Origin: Fonticula alba ATCC 38817
Lineage: Eukaryota; Protista; Nucleariida
NCBI GenBank assembly: GCA_000388065.2
Contig: KB932201.1
Direction: 5' to 3' (one strand)
DNA length: 64,000 nucleotides
The position numbers and the translations under genes were made by a program. Positions 39,013-50,902 of this stretch are shown in pieces. Every line of letters starts with the position of its first letter. The first letter of the stretch is position 1. The notes beneath the pieces were generated by a model that worked only from the letters and a program-made list of their open reading frames with translations, made no database searches and had not been told where the DNA came from.

Positions 39013-39395
39013 TCAGCGCATGGTAGCCCGGTCGAGGACGCGCCACGCCTCGAAGGACAGGCCGACCGCAATGGCAATCATCACCAGGAAGGCAATGGAG
39101 CAGGGACCACCATTGCCGACGCCTGCCACGAGGCCAGGCGCATTGTGGAAGAGATTCGTGGCATAGGAGGCGCCCGTTTGCGTCAAGTAGAGAGTCGCCA
39201 CGCGGAAGATCGCCCGGCGAGGGGGCTGCCGCGAGAATGCGTTCATACAGAGCGGCATCATCAGGATGTGGATGTACCAAAAGTAGAGGGCGAGGATGGC
39301 TTGGTGACGGGCAGACGGTTAGTATTCAGCAAACTAGCTGCTGACGTGGGTGAGAAGTGGGGGTTGGAGAAGGCGCGCCTACGTGCGCGCGCGTC

Positions 39396-39437
<42 letters not shown>

Positions 39438-40372
39438 CGTGTGCGTGTGCGTGTGCGTATGGGGGAAGGGGGGAGACAAGGCCATATTCCTGTGCAGGGC
39501 GCACCGTAAACAAAGAACGACGAAAGGGAGGGACACGAAGCGCAAGGCACAAAGGCCGGGCCCAGAGATTCGGCCAGGGCGGCAGCATTCATCACCAGAG
39601 CCGACATGAGGCCAAAGCCATGGCCGCCCACTTGTGCGAGGGGGTGTGGGAGAGGGGGAAGGGCGAAGGGGGGCGGTCAGCCAAAGGTGGGCCTTATTGG
39701 GCCATAGCCGGTGGAGGGTAGTCTTGGACACGGGCGATCTGCACACACCAAAGGCATAATCCAGGCCGTTCCACTTGTTGGCCGGGTTGTCGGAGATGGC
39801 ATTGATGCCATTCCCGATGCGCCTAAGGAGGACGTCAGCCGGCGGAGGGAGCAAATACGACACATGCATGCACAGAGGCCGGGCGAAGAGGGGCGAGGGG
39901 GAATGAGTCGTCGTTGCTGGCGGAACAGATGACGGGAATCATGGCAACAGTGCGAAGAAAGGCGATCCCGCATGTGGTGCGCACATATATAGCCTGTAAT
40001 AGGCGTAGCGCGCAAGAAACTGGAAGCCCACCGAGAAGGGGATGCTGAACCAGAGGTTCTGTCGGAGGGGGACCACGGCAAACCAAAACAGCGAAGCCAG
40101 GAATACTCCCAACAGGTAGATGAACATCCTGGCGGTCGCGCCGAGGGCCAGCCGAAGGAGGGTAAGTGCCGAGCTCAAGGGAGGTGTGGAAGAGGCAAAG
40201 GGCAGGGCAGGGCAGGGCAGGGCGGGGGGGGGGGGGGGGGGGGGATTGTGCAGACGTACCCAGTCATCATGAGAATGACTCGGAGAGATTGCGGCAAGAT
40301 GTGGCGCCAGGTGAGGTACGCCGGAGCCGAGTACGCCGTGAGCAGGCAGCCGACGAAGGTCATGGCACCCAT
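39013..40372 (-). CDS. APH1: Gamma-secretase subunit APH-1, multi-exon
   Basis: Spliced MGAMTFVGCLLTAYSAPAY...LRVILMMTG-MFIYLLGVFLASLFWF...FSVGFQFLARYAYYRLY...AFVGGHGFGLMSAL...LAESLGP...YFWYIHILMM. Multi-TM pattern, GxxxG motif and first His match the Aph-1 family. Confidence 0.85.
39380..39461. repeat. Compound alternating purine/pyrimidine tract (CG)n-(TA)n-(TG)n-(CGTGTG)n in an APH-1 intron
   Basis: About 80 bp of alternation with one 1-nt break. Confidence 0.9.
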
Positions 40373-40964
40373 CTTCGCACTTCACGGGAGAAAAGGGGGG
40401 GCAGAGGAGAAAAGCGGGAGGAGAGGGGGACAGGAAGGATGAGCCGGCAGGGCAAGGAAAAAAAAAGAAAGTAGAGGTATGGCCCCGGTCTGCCGCCGGA
40501 TCCCGTCCCATTAGTGCAGCCTATTAACCGGCGGTTGGCCGCTTGGCCGACCGACCAGCTCGCCGGGGGCAGGAATGAAGAGAGGGCGCCTGGCACACAC
40601 ACACACACACACATCATCGGAGGAGTGATCGACGCGGGGCACAAAAGGGGCCGGGGTGTTTTGCTGGAGAGTTGGCACATGTTTCACGTGTTCTCCGGGA
40701 AGGGTAGTGGGGAGCACGCTCGGAGCGGGGGCCGGGGAATTTAATGCTTTTTATTGGTTGGAATATCCTGCCGGCTGGCAGTGAGCGTGCCCCGGAGGTC
40801 AGGGAAAAGGCCGAGGAGAAGGGGGGGGGGGGGGGGGGGAACAAGGGAAGGAGAGGCATACATGGGCCCGGGGCGGCGAGATGGCCAGGCATTGGCACGC
40901 ACGCTCGCCTGCATGGGCACGCATTGTGTACGCTCACGCTCGCAGGACGCTGACTCGGCCAGGC

Positions 40965-42384
40965 TTAGTTGCCGCTCGTGGCGGCGAAGGAGTCGGCAAA
41001 GAAGCCGACCGACTGATCGACAAAGTGCGCGGACTTGCCGGCGCCATGGGAGCGAGTGCTGGCCTCGGCCACCCGGCGCAGAGCCTCATCCTGCTTGCGG
41101 GCCACCGACTGGGCGATCTCGGTGGCGGTGCTGAGCATATCAACAATCGAGTGGGGGTTCATGCCGCCGGCGCTGACCACGGCCACGGGCGGAGCCCCGG
41201 CCTGGGCACCGGTCGACTCGCCACGTGGAACCGGCAGCGCAGTCGCCTGGGCCGACTCCGAGTATTGGGCCGCCCCGCCGGCCAGGGTCTGCACCAGGCA
41301 CACCCGCCCGGTGGCGGTGGCCGCAACCAACAGGGCCCCGCTGGCACAGGCCTCCTCGGCCGGGGTCGGATCCACCAGGAAGCTCATGCCCACCTTCCAC
41401 ATGGTCATGGAGAGGGGCAGCGCCGCCACATCCACAGGGCAGAAGGCCCGGCGGAGGTCCTCGTCAATCTCCACCGTCGGAGGGGTGCTGCCGGTGTCGA
41501 TCACCACTCGCGGGATGCGCAAATCGGAGAACGCCGCGCGAACGGCCTGGGCAATGGCATCAGCGGCATTGCCATCGAAGCCGAGAATCTGTCCCAGGAG
41601 GGGGGAAGTGGGTCAGGGATTGCAGGGAAAAGGGCAGGGCAGCGAGTGCACATGTGTGGGTCCGTGCACATGTGCGCACCATGGCGTCGATGTAGAAATT
41701 CCAGCACACGCTGCCGGGAATGAGACAAAGCTTTTTCAGATCGATGCAGCCGCTGTTGACAAAAATCCGCGTGATAACATGGCCCAGGGTTTCGGCATCG
41801 GAGTCGGCATCGCGCGAGTCGACGGCATTGGTGACGGTGGCGGTGCTGTGGGCTGCGTGTCAGGAGGGGGACAAATACGCCTGGCAGGGGGCAGGTGGCA
41901 GAGGAACGAGTGGAGGAGGGCGAGGAGGGGAGCAGAGGGGGAGGGGGGGGGGGGGGGGGAGGGGAGGTGGAACGCACCACTCCACATTGCAGTGGATGCG
42001 CCCTTGGTCGGGGTTTTGTTGCGAGGGGAGTCCGAGGTCAGCCTTGATGCCGACCAGGATGTCGGTATTCCCGATGATCACTCGCGCTGAGCCATTTGCC
42101 TGGACAAGGACCGCAGGGAGGGGAAACGAAAAAAGGGAGAAAGGCACGTCAGCCGGTGGGTAGGATGTGAAAAGGGAGAAAGGGGGAACGAGGATCCACA
42201 AGCGGGTCAGCCGGTGCACTGCTCCGGGATGCGAACGAACCTGAGGGAGGAGGCCAGTCTCAAGGATGATGTCGCGCGCGTCCAGGCGCCCGCGGCCGTC
42301 CGACCGAACTCCGCTGGCGACGCCCTGGAGGATGAACTGGCGCTCGCTGCTGGAAAGCAGCGGAAGCAGCGACGTGTTGGACAT
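40965..42384 (-). CDS. EXOSC7: RNA exosome core subunit RRP42 (RNase PH family), multi-exon
   Basis: LSSSERQFILQGVASGVRSDGRGRLDAR...ANGSARVIIGNTDILVGIKADLG...IDLKKLCLIPGSVCWNFYIDAM...DGNAADAIAQAVRAAFSDLRIP...SFLVDPTPAEEAC. Confidence 0.92.
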
Positions 42385-42829
42385 CGGAGCCGAATGGAGG
42401 GAGGGAGGGAGAGGAAAGGAGTGATGAGAGAAGAGGGAGGGAGGAGGGAGAGAAGAGGGGGGAGGGGGGGGGGGGAGGAGAGGTGGGAAAGGTTCTATCA
42501 TGCCCGGCTCGAAGCCCGGAGATCGACTCGACACGCGCGCCCAAAAGAAAAGGCCCTGCCAAGAGAACGCAATCGCCGCCCTCGAGGCGGTGCATCACGT
42601 GTGAGAACCAGTGGCACATGATATCCGGTCTGCGCACCCGGTCGGCGACTCCCCGCCAGCACCTGTCTTTTGTTGTCTAGACTCTTCTTCATCGTCGTGC
42701 ATTTGAGGATGACTGCTCCGGGCGTCCCTGCCCCCGTGTTGCCAGCCAGGGCCTTCGGCCAGGGAAAGCGCTAGTTCGGAGGCCGTTGCCAGTATTGCGC
42801 AGGCCTCCCGGTTTAGTGGAGCTGCGGGA

Positions 42830-42831
<2 letters not shown>

Positions 42832-42877
<46 letters not shown>

Positions 42878-42890
42878 ATCGGCGCCTCGA

Positions 42891-42922
<32 letters not shown>
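42832..42922. repeat. Two long poly-G runs (43 G at 42832-42874 and about 29 G at 42894-42922) in the RRP42/PSMB1 divergent intergenic region
   Basis: Read directly. Confidence 0.85.
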
Positions 42923-43106
42923 CGCGGGGCGGTGGAGAAACGACGTTCAGCGAGGTCTGTCCTTGCGCCGTTCGAGGCCCGGACGCGAGGGCGCCCCCCG
43001 TCACGCCGCGGGCTGGCGGACGGAAACAAAAGGGCAAGTCACTCTTGGAGGTGGGCTACCGCTGGCGTTACCCTCCACCCCGCTCCCCTCCTTCTCCCCC
43101 CCCCCC

Positions 43107-43197
43107 NNNNNNNNNNNNNNNNNNNNNNNNNNNNNNNNNNNNNNNNNNNNNNNNNNNNNNNNNNNNNNNNNNNNNNNNNNNNNNNNNNNNNNNNNNN
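43107..43197. other. Assembly gap (N) directly upstream of PSMB1
   Basis: Run of N. Confidence 1.
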
Positions 43198-43199
43198 CA

Positions 43200-44444
43200 A
43201 TGCTCGGCCACACTCCCTCTCAGCACTTCAACCCGGTCATCCCGGCCGGTGCCTCGGCCGGCATGTCGGAGGCCACCGCCTCCGGCATTCGTCAGCATCG
43301 CTTCGACCCCTACGATAACAACGGCGGGTATGTGTCGGCATCTCCCTCTTGAGCACCCGCTCACACTGGCTGCCAATTACTGACGGCTCCTGCCTGCTCC
43401 TTTCCCCTGCTGCTGTTTCCAGCTCGATTCTCGCCATCGCTGGCGAGGACTTCTGCATTGTTGCTGCGGACACCCGCCAGTCGACCGGCTACCACATCAA
43501 CTCGCGCTATGCCCCGAAGGCCTTCAAGCTGTACGACATCCACGCACCTCGCTGCTTCCCTTGTCAGCTTTCCCCCCTTCTGACCCCCCCCCTCTCTCTC
43601 TCTCTCGCTCGCTCTCTCGCCCAATCCCGCGCACACAGCAACGAGACCGCTGCCATCGCCTCCTCCGGCTTCTATGGCGACATCACCAACCTCAACAAGC
43701 GCCTCCAGATGCAGCTTCGTGTGCGTTTGTTTTCTTCTCTCTCTCTCTCTCTCGCCTCCCGCCCACCCTCTGGAATTGTCGCTTTTGCTTCCATCCCCCT
43801 TCGCTCACCTCCCCGCCCCGGCATCCGTGTAGCTTTACAAGTCCAACCACCAGAAGGACATGCCGGTCACCGCCCTGGCGCAGATGCTGTCTGGCATGCT
43901 CTACCAGAACCGGTTCTTCCCGATTTATTCGTTCAACATCGTCGGTGGCATTGACGAGCAGGGCCGTGGTGCGGTCTTCCACTTCGATGTGGTCGGCAGC
44001 TTCCAGCGCGAGTGGTATCGTGCTGATGGCACCGGCCAGGCTCTGATGCAGCCCTTCCTTGATAACCAGGTTCGCGCGTCTATGCCATGCCTCGCCACAC
44101 ACACTCGCATTTTCCCTGCGCTCCCTTCCTTCTTCGTGCTCGCCACGTAACCACTCACATTCGTCACCATCCGTGTGTGCCTCTTTTTCTTCCCCCCTCT
44201 CTTCCCGCCTCCCCCGTCCCCCCCCCCACCCCCCCATCCACGCACCCACACACAGCTCGGCTTCAAGAACCAGCAAAACGTCGAGCCCAAGCTCCCGACC
44301 CTCGAGCGTGCCATCGGCCTTGCGCGCGATGCCTTCAACTCCACCACCGAGCGTGACATCTACACTGGTGACCAGCTGGAGATCTTCATCTTCCAGGCCG
44401 GCTGCCCCGTTCGTGTGGAGACCTTCCCCCTGAAGAAGGACTAA
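43200..44444 (+). CDS. PSMB1: 20S proteasome subunit beta type-1 (beta6/Pre7), 5 exons; the ATG lies 2 nt after an N-gap
   Basis: [39 protein letters not shown]...LYQNRFFPIYSFNIVGGIDEQGRGAVFHFDVVGS...LMQPFLDNQ...AFNSTTERDIYTGD...FPLKKD*. Confidence 0.97.
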
Positions 44445-45224
44445 GCCAGTTCCATGTCCGGCTGTTCTGCTGATTGCTCTTCTCTCTCTCTCTCTCCCCG
44501 TATCAGATTCCGTGCGGCTGCATCTTCTTCAGCCTCGAGCTCTGCTCTTCTTCTCCTTTGCACTTTGGAACCTTGCCCCCTCCCCCTCCCGGTTGAGACG
44601 GCCTGTGTTATTTTTCCCATCGTGTGTTCCCCCCTCTCTCGTTCCCTTCCCCCCCCCCCCCCCCCTCCCGAAATACACTGTATCATATTGCCTTCACAGC
44701 CGGTGACTTTCCTCCATCCATCCATTCGGTGTCAATATGCGACAAACCTTCGTTCAGAGCGCAGGGGGGGGGGGGACCATTTCAAGTGGGAAATGTCCAA
44801 AGATCGATCAGCCGATTCCAGCCCCCGATCACGCGATCGACATATGACCAACCTCAAGGCGGTGGCCCCCGTCCGCCATAGCCCCGTTTCCAACACGGCC
44901 TCACACACACACACACACGCGCAGGCACGACACCCACGGACAATGGAAGATGGAGACCGGCATCGGGGCGCACCTTTCCACGGGCGTGTGTTTACCGGGG
45001 GCGGGGGGGGTGATCGACTGTCGCATCCGCTCCGCGCCCAATACACCGCCAGAGAGAACGCGGAGGAGGAAAACATTTTTAGTCGACCCCCATTTGCGAT
45101 CCGGAGGCAGAGTGGCCAACGGCCTCACATCTTCTGCCTCCCCCCTACAGCACTTGATCCGGCATTCACCTTGCCGCCCCCTCCCCCCCCCCTCCCCCTC
45201 CCCCCCTCCCTCTCCTCCCCAACC

Positions 45225-46178
45225 ATGACCTCTCCCACCACCTCCTCCTCGGCTCCTACCGCGGTCGATGCTCCCGCCGGCCCCGGGATCCTTGTGGCGC
45301 CGTCGGTCCTGGCGGCGGATCTCGCCTCGTTGACGTCTTGCTCGCGTCGGGTCCTGGATGCCGGGGCCGACTGGCTGCACTTGGACATCATGGATGGGCA
45401 CTTTGTCCCGAACTTGACCTTCGGCCCGCCGGTCATCAAGAGCCTCTCCCAGGCCGAGGGCATGAGCGCGGCCTTCTTCGACTGCCATCTGATGGTTGAG
45501 CGGCCGTGGCTCTGGGTGAAGGACCTGGCCGAAGCCCGGGCTGACATGTTCACCTTCCATGTGGAGACGGTCCTGCGGCCGGAGCTCGACGCCGGGGCCG
45601 CCCCCGCCCAGGTGCCGGTGGATCTTTCGAATACCCCGCTGGAGGAGCTGGATCGCAAGGCGGCTTCGAGCCGGGACTTTGCGGCGGCGGTCGCCGCGCA
45701 GGTTGGCCTGACCACCGACTCCTACTTTGGCAGCCAGGAGGGCGCTTGCTCGGCCCTTGCCCTGCATCGGCAGATTACCAGCCGCGGAATGCGCTCCGGG
45801 GTGGCCCTGCGCCCGAGCACTCCCCTGGCGTCGATCCTGCACCTCTTCGATCAGATTGCCCGCGACACGGAAGACCCGGCCGCCTTCCCCATGGTCCTGG
45901 TGATGACCGTGCAGCCGGGGTTCGGCGGGCAGTCCTTCATGGATGACCAGCTGGCGCGCATGCGCATCATTCGCGAGTATCGCACCCCGGCCGGGACCCC
46001 GGTCGGCCGGCACATCGACATCCAGGTGGATGGCGGGATCACCGACCAGACTGTGGCCCGGTCGGCCGCGGCCGGGGCCAACGTTTTCGTGGCCGGGACC
46101 TTCGTCTTCCGGGAGGCTGACGCCGCCGTCCCCATTGCTCGCCTTCGCACGCTGGCCCGCGAGTCCTTTGCCAACTGA
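45225..46178 (+). CDS. RPE: Ribulose-phosphate 3-epimerase, intronless, with an internal insertion
   Basis: VAPSVLAADLA, WLHLDIMDGHFVPNLTFG, FDCHLMV, TFHVE, LVMTVQPGFGGQ, IQVDGG. The metal/catalytic His and Asp residues are intact. Confidence 0.97.
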   Translation: MTSPTTSSSAPTAVDAPAGPGILVAPSVLAADLASLTSCSRRVLDAGADWLHLDIMDGHFVPNLTFGPPVIKSLSQAEGMSAAFFDCHLMVERPWLWVKDLAEARADMFTFHVETVLRPELDAGAAPAQVPVDLSNTPLEELDRKAASSRDFAAAVAAQVGLTTDSYFGSQEGACSALALHRQITSRGMRSGVALRPSTPLASILHLFDQIARDTEDPAAFPMVLVMTVQPGFGGQSFMDDQLARMRIIREYRTPAGTPVGRHIDIQVDGGITDQTVARSAAAGANVFVAGTFVFREADAAVPIARLRTLARESFAN

Positions 46179-46921
46179 GCATCTTTTCTCCTTGTTCCCC
46201 TGTTCCGCGTCGAGCAGGAAGAAGGCAAGAGGGAGGAGCATGCCCCCCCCCCCCCCCACCCACCCTCCCCGGCAATCACATCTGCTTGTGTGTCCGGTCC
46301 TCTTCTTCCCTCCATCGAAATGTATCCCCCCCCACCCCCCCCCCGCGTCCTCCTTTTCCGTCCCCTTCTCTCTGGGCCCCTGTCGAGTGTGCCTCTGCAG
46401 CTGAAGTGCTCTTTCCCTATTGTGCTCTGTCCAGGCTCTCTCTGCCTCTCCCCTTCCCTCGGCCTAGCGGGAGGGCGGCTGCTCGCATGTTGGTCTGCGT
46501 GTATGTGTGTTTATATGTGTATATCGGCGGAGGGGGTTGCGTGTATGCGCGTGTATGCGTGTGCGTGTATATGCTTGTGGGTGTGCTCTTTAAAGGGCTG
46601 TTTGTCAGCGCGTGGCTCCTACACAGGCTGTCCGCTGTTGGCAGGCCTTCCAATCCTTTTGGGGGGTCGTGTGACGGTCTCCCCGCCTGCTTTCATTGTG
46701 TCACTCGCGACCAAGGGTCGTGAGAGGGGGAGGGGGCGAGGGGCGGCGGGAAGATGCGGGGAGGTGGGGCGCAGAGAGCCCTCCCCCGTCGTGACCCTTT
46801 TTCCCTGTGGCCTTTCCATCATTTCTCGGAACCCGCCCCCCCCCCTCCCCCCTCAACCCCCTGCTTGAGGGGGACCCGGCATGTGGGGCCACGATCGAGC
46901 ACGGAGAACATGGCCTTCCGC

Positions 46922-48658
46922 TCACCCGGAGCCACTGTTGTCGACAGTGTTCATGGGCGTCGGCCCCGGGTAGGTGGTGGGCACCCAGGGGAAGGATTGT
47001 GCCGGGCTGTCATACCGCGGGGTGGCCACCCCAGGGTCCGCATGGGGAGGGGGGTGATGCGGCGGAACTCCGCCGGCGGCCGTGGCCTCGCCTGACAGGG
47101 CCTTCATGGCGGTGGTGGCTGCGGCGAATGAGGAGCCGCCCTTGGTGGAGAGCGGCTGCTCCGGGCCGGGGGGGCCGCCGCCGGTCAGCACGACCGCCGG
47201 GTCAGTGCCAGGGGGGAATGCCTGGCGAAGTTGCGGCACAGGGCTGCCCTCTGCTCCGCTCCCCGTGGTGCCATGATCCGCAGAGGGGGCCCGTAGGCTG
47301 GCGTGCAGGTGCATATGCGGGTGCTGGAGCATGGGCCCCATGGCCGAGGCTCCGGGAGCAGCCGCGCCCCCAGTGCCGGCCATCTGCTGCTGCAGTTGGA
47401 AAAGCATGTGCGGAGTGCTAATTTGCTCGCCGCTGCTGCTCGGAGTCATGGACAGCGAGGAGGTGGCTGGTCGGGAGGTCCCGGCCGATCCCCATCCCAT
47501 GGGCTTGGGGCTGGCCGTGGTGGGAGCCGGCAGGAAGCCGGCCCCCATGGAGGCCGACCGCTGGCCAGCATCGGCCGCCGTGGAGGCCGCCGCGCCGGGG
47601 GGGATCAAGACCGGGGTCAAATCAACACCAGGGTGGGGTTGGTGCGTGCCCCAGGCCGCGGTCGTGGCACCGGGAGCCATGAACAGGCCTGGCTGGCCAT
47701 TTTGATCGGCCGCATAGAAGTAGACCGGGGCCCCGGCCGGGACCATGCTCGGGTGGGCGGCTTGGAAGACGCCACTTGTCCCGGGCCCCGGGGCGAAGGG
47801 CGTCCCCTGGAAGTATTGCCCGCCCACGCTGGAGGGTGGTCCAGCCAGCGGGTGATTCATCGAGCTGACCGGCGCCACCCCGGGGTAGTATTGCTGGGCT
47901 GAGCGCCCGCCGACCGACGAAATGGCGGTCATTTCCAACGGCACGGCGCCAGAACCATCGAGGCCCCGTCCGGCGAGGAGCGGCTCGGCTGCCAGCTCAT
48001 CCGGGCCACTGGCCGACCCGGCCGCCGCCCCGAGCCCCATGCCGCTGGAGATGCGCCCGAAGAAGCCGCGTAGGCCACCGCCCCCGGCGGTCGACAGCCG
48101 GCGCTTCTCCTCCTTCGGGTCGACGCCCTGCTTGCGTCCGGTTCGCGGGAGGCTATGGTCTGGGAGGGATGATCGCGGAGATGGAGATGACTGATGTGGT
48201 TAGGGGTGTCATGTCCCAGGCGAAGTGTCTCCCTCCCTTCCCCCCCCCCCCCAGTGTTATGAGAAAGCAGCCCAGCTCCGAAGAATGCACGGCCACCCGG
48301 CGGCTCGAGAGAGGTTGACACCACACGTACCGGGAGCACCCAGAGGATGTGCCTGCCAGGCATCATTCAGCCCGCCGGCCATCATCGTCGGCGGCATGCC
48401 CGCAGTGGGGGAGTCGGAATGCCGGTCGAAGCCCGGGGCTGACAGCGGCATCGATGGATGCATCGGGGCCAAGCCGGCCATCGGGAATGGCCCGGCCGAT
48501 GTTGGCGTGGTATTCTTCATGGGCGGCGAGGTGCGGCCGAGGGCCGGATCGGGGGGCCCGGCACCGGGGCCGCTGTCCAGCCCGCCGCCCGGAACCCCGG
48601 CATGGTGCCCGCCGGGGGGCATCATATGCGACGGAGGGTGCATGAGTGAGCCGCCACC

Positions 48659-48689
<31 letters not shown>

Positions 48690-50902
48690 CCGCCACCGCC
48701 GATGACCCCCCCATGGAGCGAACCGCTCACGGGGCCGGGCCCGGCCAGGATGCTGGTTCCGGGGGTGGGACTCTTCATGACCTTGGTGAGCGATCCGCCC
48801 GGGCCGCCGATCCCGGCTCCGGCGCGTGCGCCCTTGCTCAGATCGGTCGGCAAGCCGCCGGTAGTGCTGCCCCGGCGCCGGGTCTCCCCGAGCTTGACCC
48901 AGGAATATGCCAGGGATCCGAGGATGCTGACGTTGAGGCCGATGAAGTTCGCCGGCGAGTAGGCATATTCGGCCACTTGCATGGCCGCCAGCCGGGCCGC
49001 CTCCAAGGCCACCGGGTCAATGGCGTTGGCAGGGCTGCCGACCCCGAGCGCAGCCATGGTCTCGGCCAGCTCAAAGCGCCCGCGAATAATGCCAGCATAT
49101 GTGGACAGGACATTCTTCAAGCAGCCGACCTACGGGCAAGATGCCAAGGGCGAGCAGGGGCAAGGCCGCCGCGCGGTCATCCACCGGGCCGGGCCCAGAG
49201 GCCGGTCAGGGCGAAGCGGGTGTCAGCCCAGGCGCAGACGATGCGCGAGGATCGAGGGAAGGTCCCTCCCGCCCCCCGCCCCCCCCCCTCCCCTCCGCTG
49301 CTGCATCTCGCGGCTTGAGTGCACGTACCACAGTGGTGGTCAGTGGCGAGTTAACCTTCACACAGAGGTAGATCGACAGATTGAGCACCGGTCCCAGGAG
49401 GACAGACAGCACAAACATAAACAGGAACCCGGGATTGGTCCACTCGGCGTAGTTGAGGACGGCATCGATGTCGCGGGACGCATGGTACATCATGTACAGG
49501 AAGAGCAGTGGCAGGGAGAACAGGGTATTGTAGTACATGAGACTGGGGCGGACGGAGAGGGGGGAGGGGGGGGGGGGGACATTCAAGCGGGGTTAGAGCA
49601 GCACAAAAGGGCACACGGTGCGGGTGCACGCCAGGCAGCAGGCCCAGAGCGCGATGCGCCATATGGCTGGATAGGGGGGCCCCCCGAAGCACAGGTCGTA
49701 CCCGAAGGTCCCGAGGCTGCGAGCATCCAGCTTCTTCCGTGAAGCCACCGCCGAGGCAGCCGTGGCCACATTGTTGATCGTCACCAGCAGGTAGCCGACA
49801 GCGTCGAACTGGATGTCGTCAGCGGCGGCCACCGCGGCTCCGACCACCATCAGCACCACGGACCAGCCCACGCCTGGGGCGAGGCCCGTCCCGGCCGACC
49901 CGGCGCAGCCCGACAGGGCGCACAGAGGGCGATGTGTGGATATGTCAGCAAGAGACCCCGAGGGACATGGAAGGGGCAAATGCGCGGCAATGCCGGCCAT
50001 GGGGGCTTGGCCTCCTCGGCCGCAGGATGTACCCTTGGAAACGCGCGTGCCCAGCCAAATGCGCTCGGCAACAAGGGTCATTGGCACACTGAACCGGCGC
50101 AGCACAGTGAGCATCGGGATGGACAGGGCACGCGTGCCACCGAGGCCGGACACCTATTCGACCAGGGAGAATGAAGCGCGAAGGACAAAGCCCCAGCGGA
50201 TGTAGCCCCATCCGGGGCACGGGGGTCCGCAGGGGGGGGGGGCGGGGGGGCGAGGGGGAAGATTGTTCCGGTCAGGGGAGCTCAGGGAGGTGCCGGCCGC
50301 GGCCAGACTGTCCCGGCCGAAGGTGGAGAAAGCGCATGGTGTGCCGTACAATGTTGACAATGTAGATGAGGGGCAGGGGAAACACATCGTGCACCACTTT
50401 GCGACTGAGTTTCGGATAGCTGAAGCGACACACGACCAGCAGGTTAGACTTGTCCAGGTGCGGGATCGATGGCCGAGAGTTGGCCGGCGGCCAAAGCCCG
50501 AAAGGGCCGGGAGCCTCCACTCGCCGGGGGCCACGTACGAGATGACGCTGAACAGGCGCAAAATGAAGAGCGTCAACAGGGCGACGATGCCCTGCGCCGC
50601 GGCCAATGCCGCCGAGCTGGGGAATTTGTAGGTCGCCAGCACCGAGCGGTTGGTGAACATGATGGCCAAGGAGGCACCACCATAGAGGACTGCCGAGCCC
50701 ACTTGCAGGAAGGTGCGGGACTGGAATCGCAGGCCACACGGGAGCCGGTTCAGCGGGCATGGGAGGGCGGGCGTGAGTCGGCAGAACCCGAGTCAACGGG
50801 AGATGGCCTTTCGAGCATGCCACGGGGCTGCAGCTGACGTACCACCACCGGGGCGGTACCCGGTGTCTGGGAGAGTTTCCTCCCGAGTGGTGCGCCGGCC
50901 AT
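46922..50902 (-). CDS. SLC35D: SLC35D-family (fringe connection/SQV-7-like) UDP-sugar transporter with a long low-complexity C-terminal tail, multi-exon
   Basis: SAVLYGGASLAIMFTNRSVLATYKFPS...LSIPMLTVLRRFSVPMTL...VGAAVAAADDIQFDAVGY...LMYYN...LCVKVNSPLTTTV-VGCLKNVLSTY...NFIGLNVSILGSLAYS. The first exon starts MAGAPLG at 50902. The tail needs an intron 48330-48160. Confidence 0.88.
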
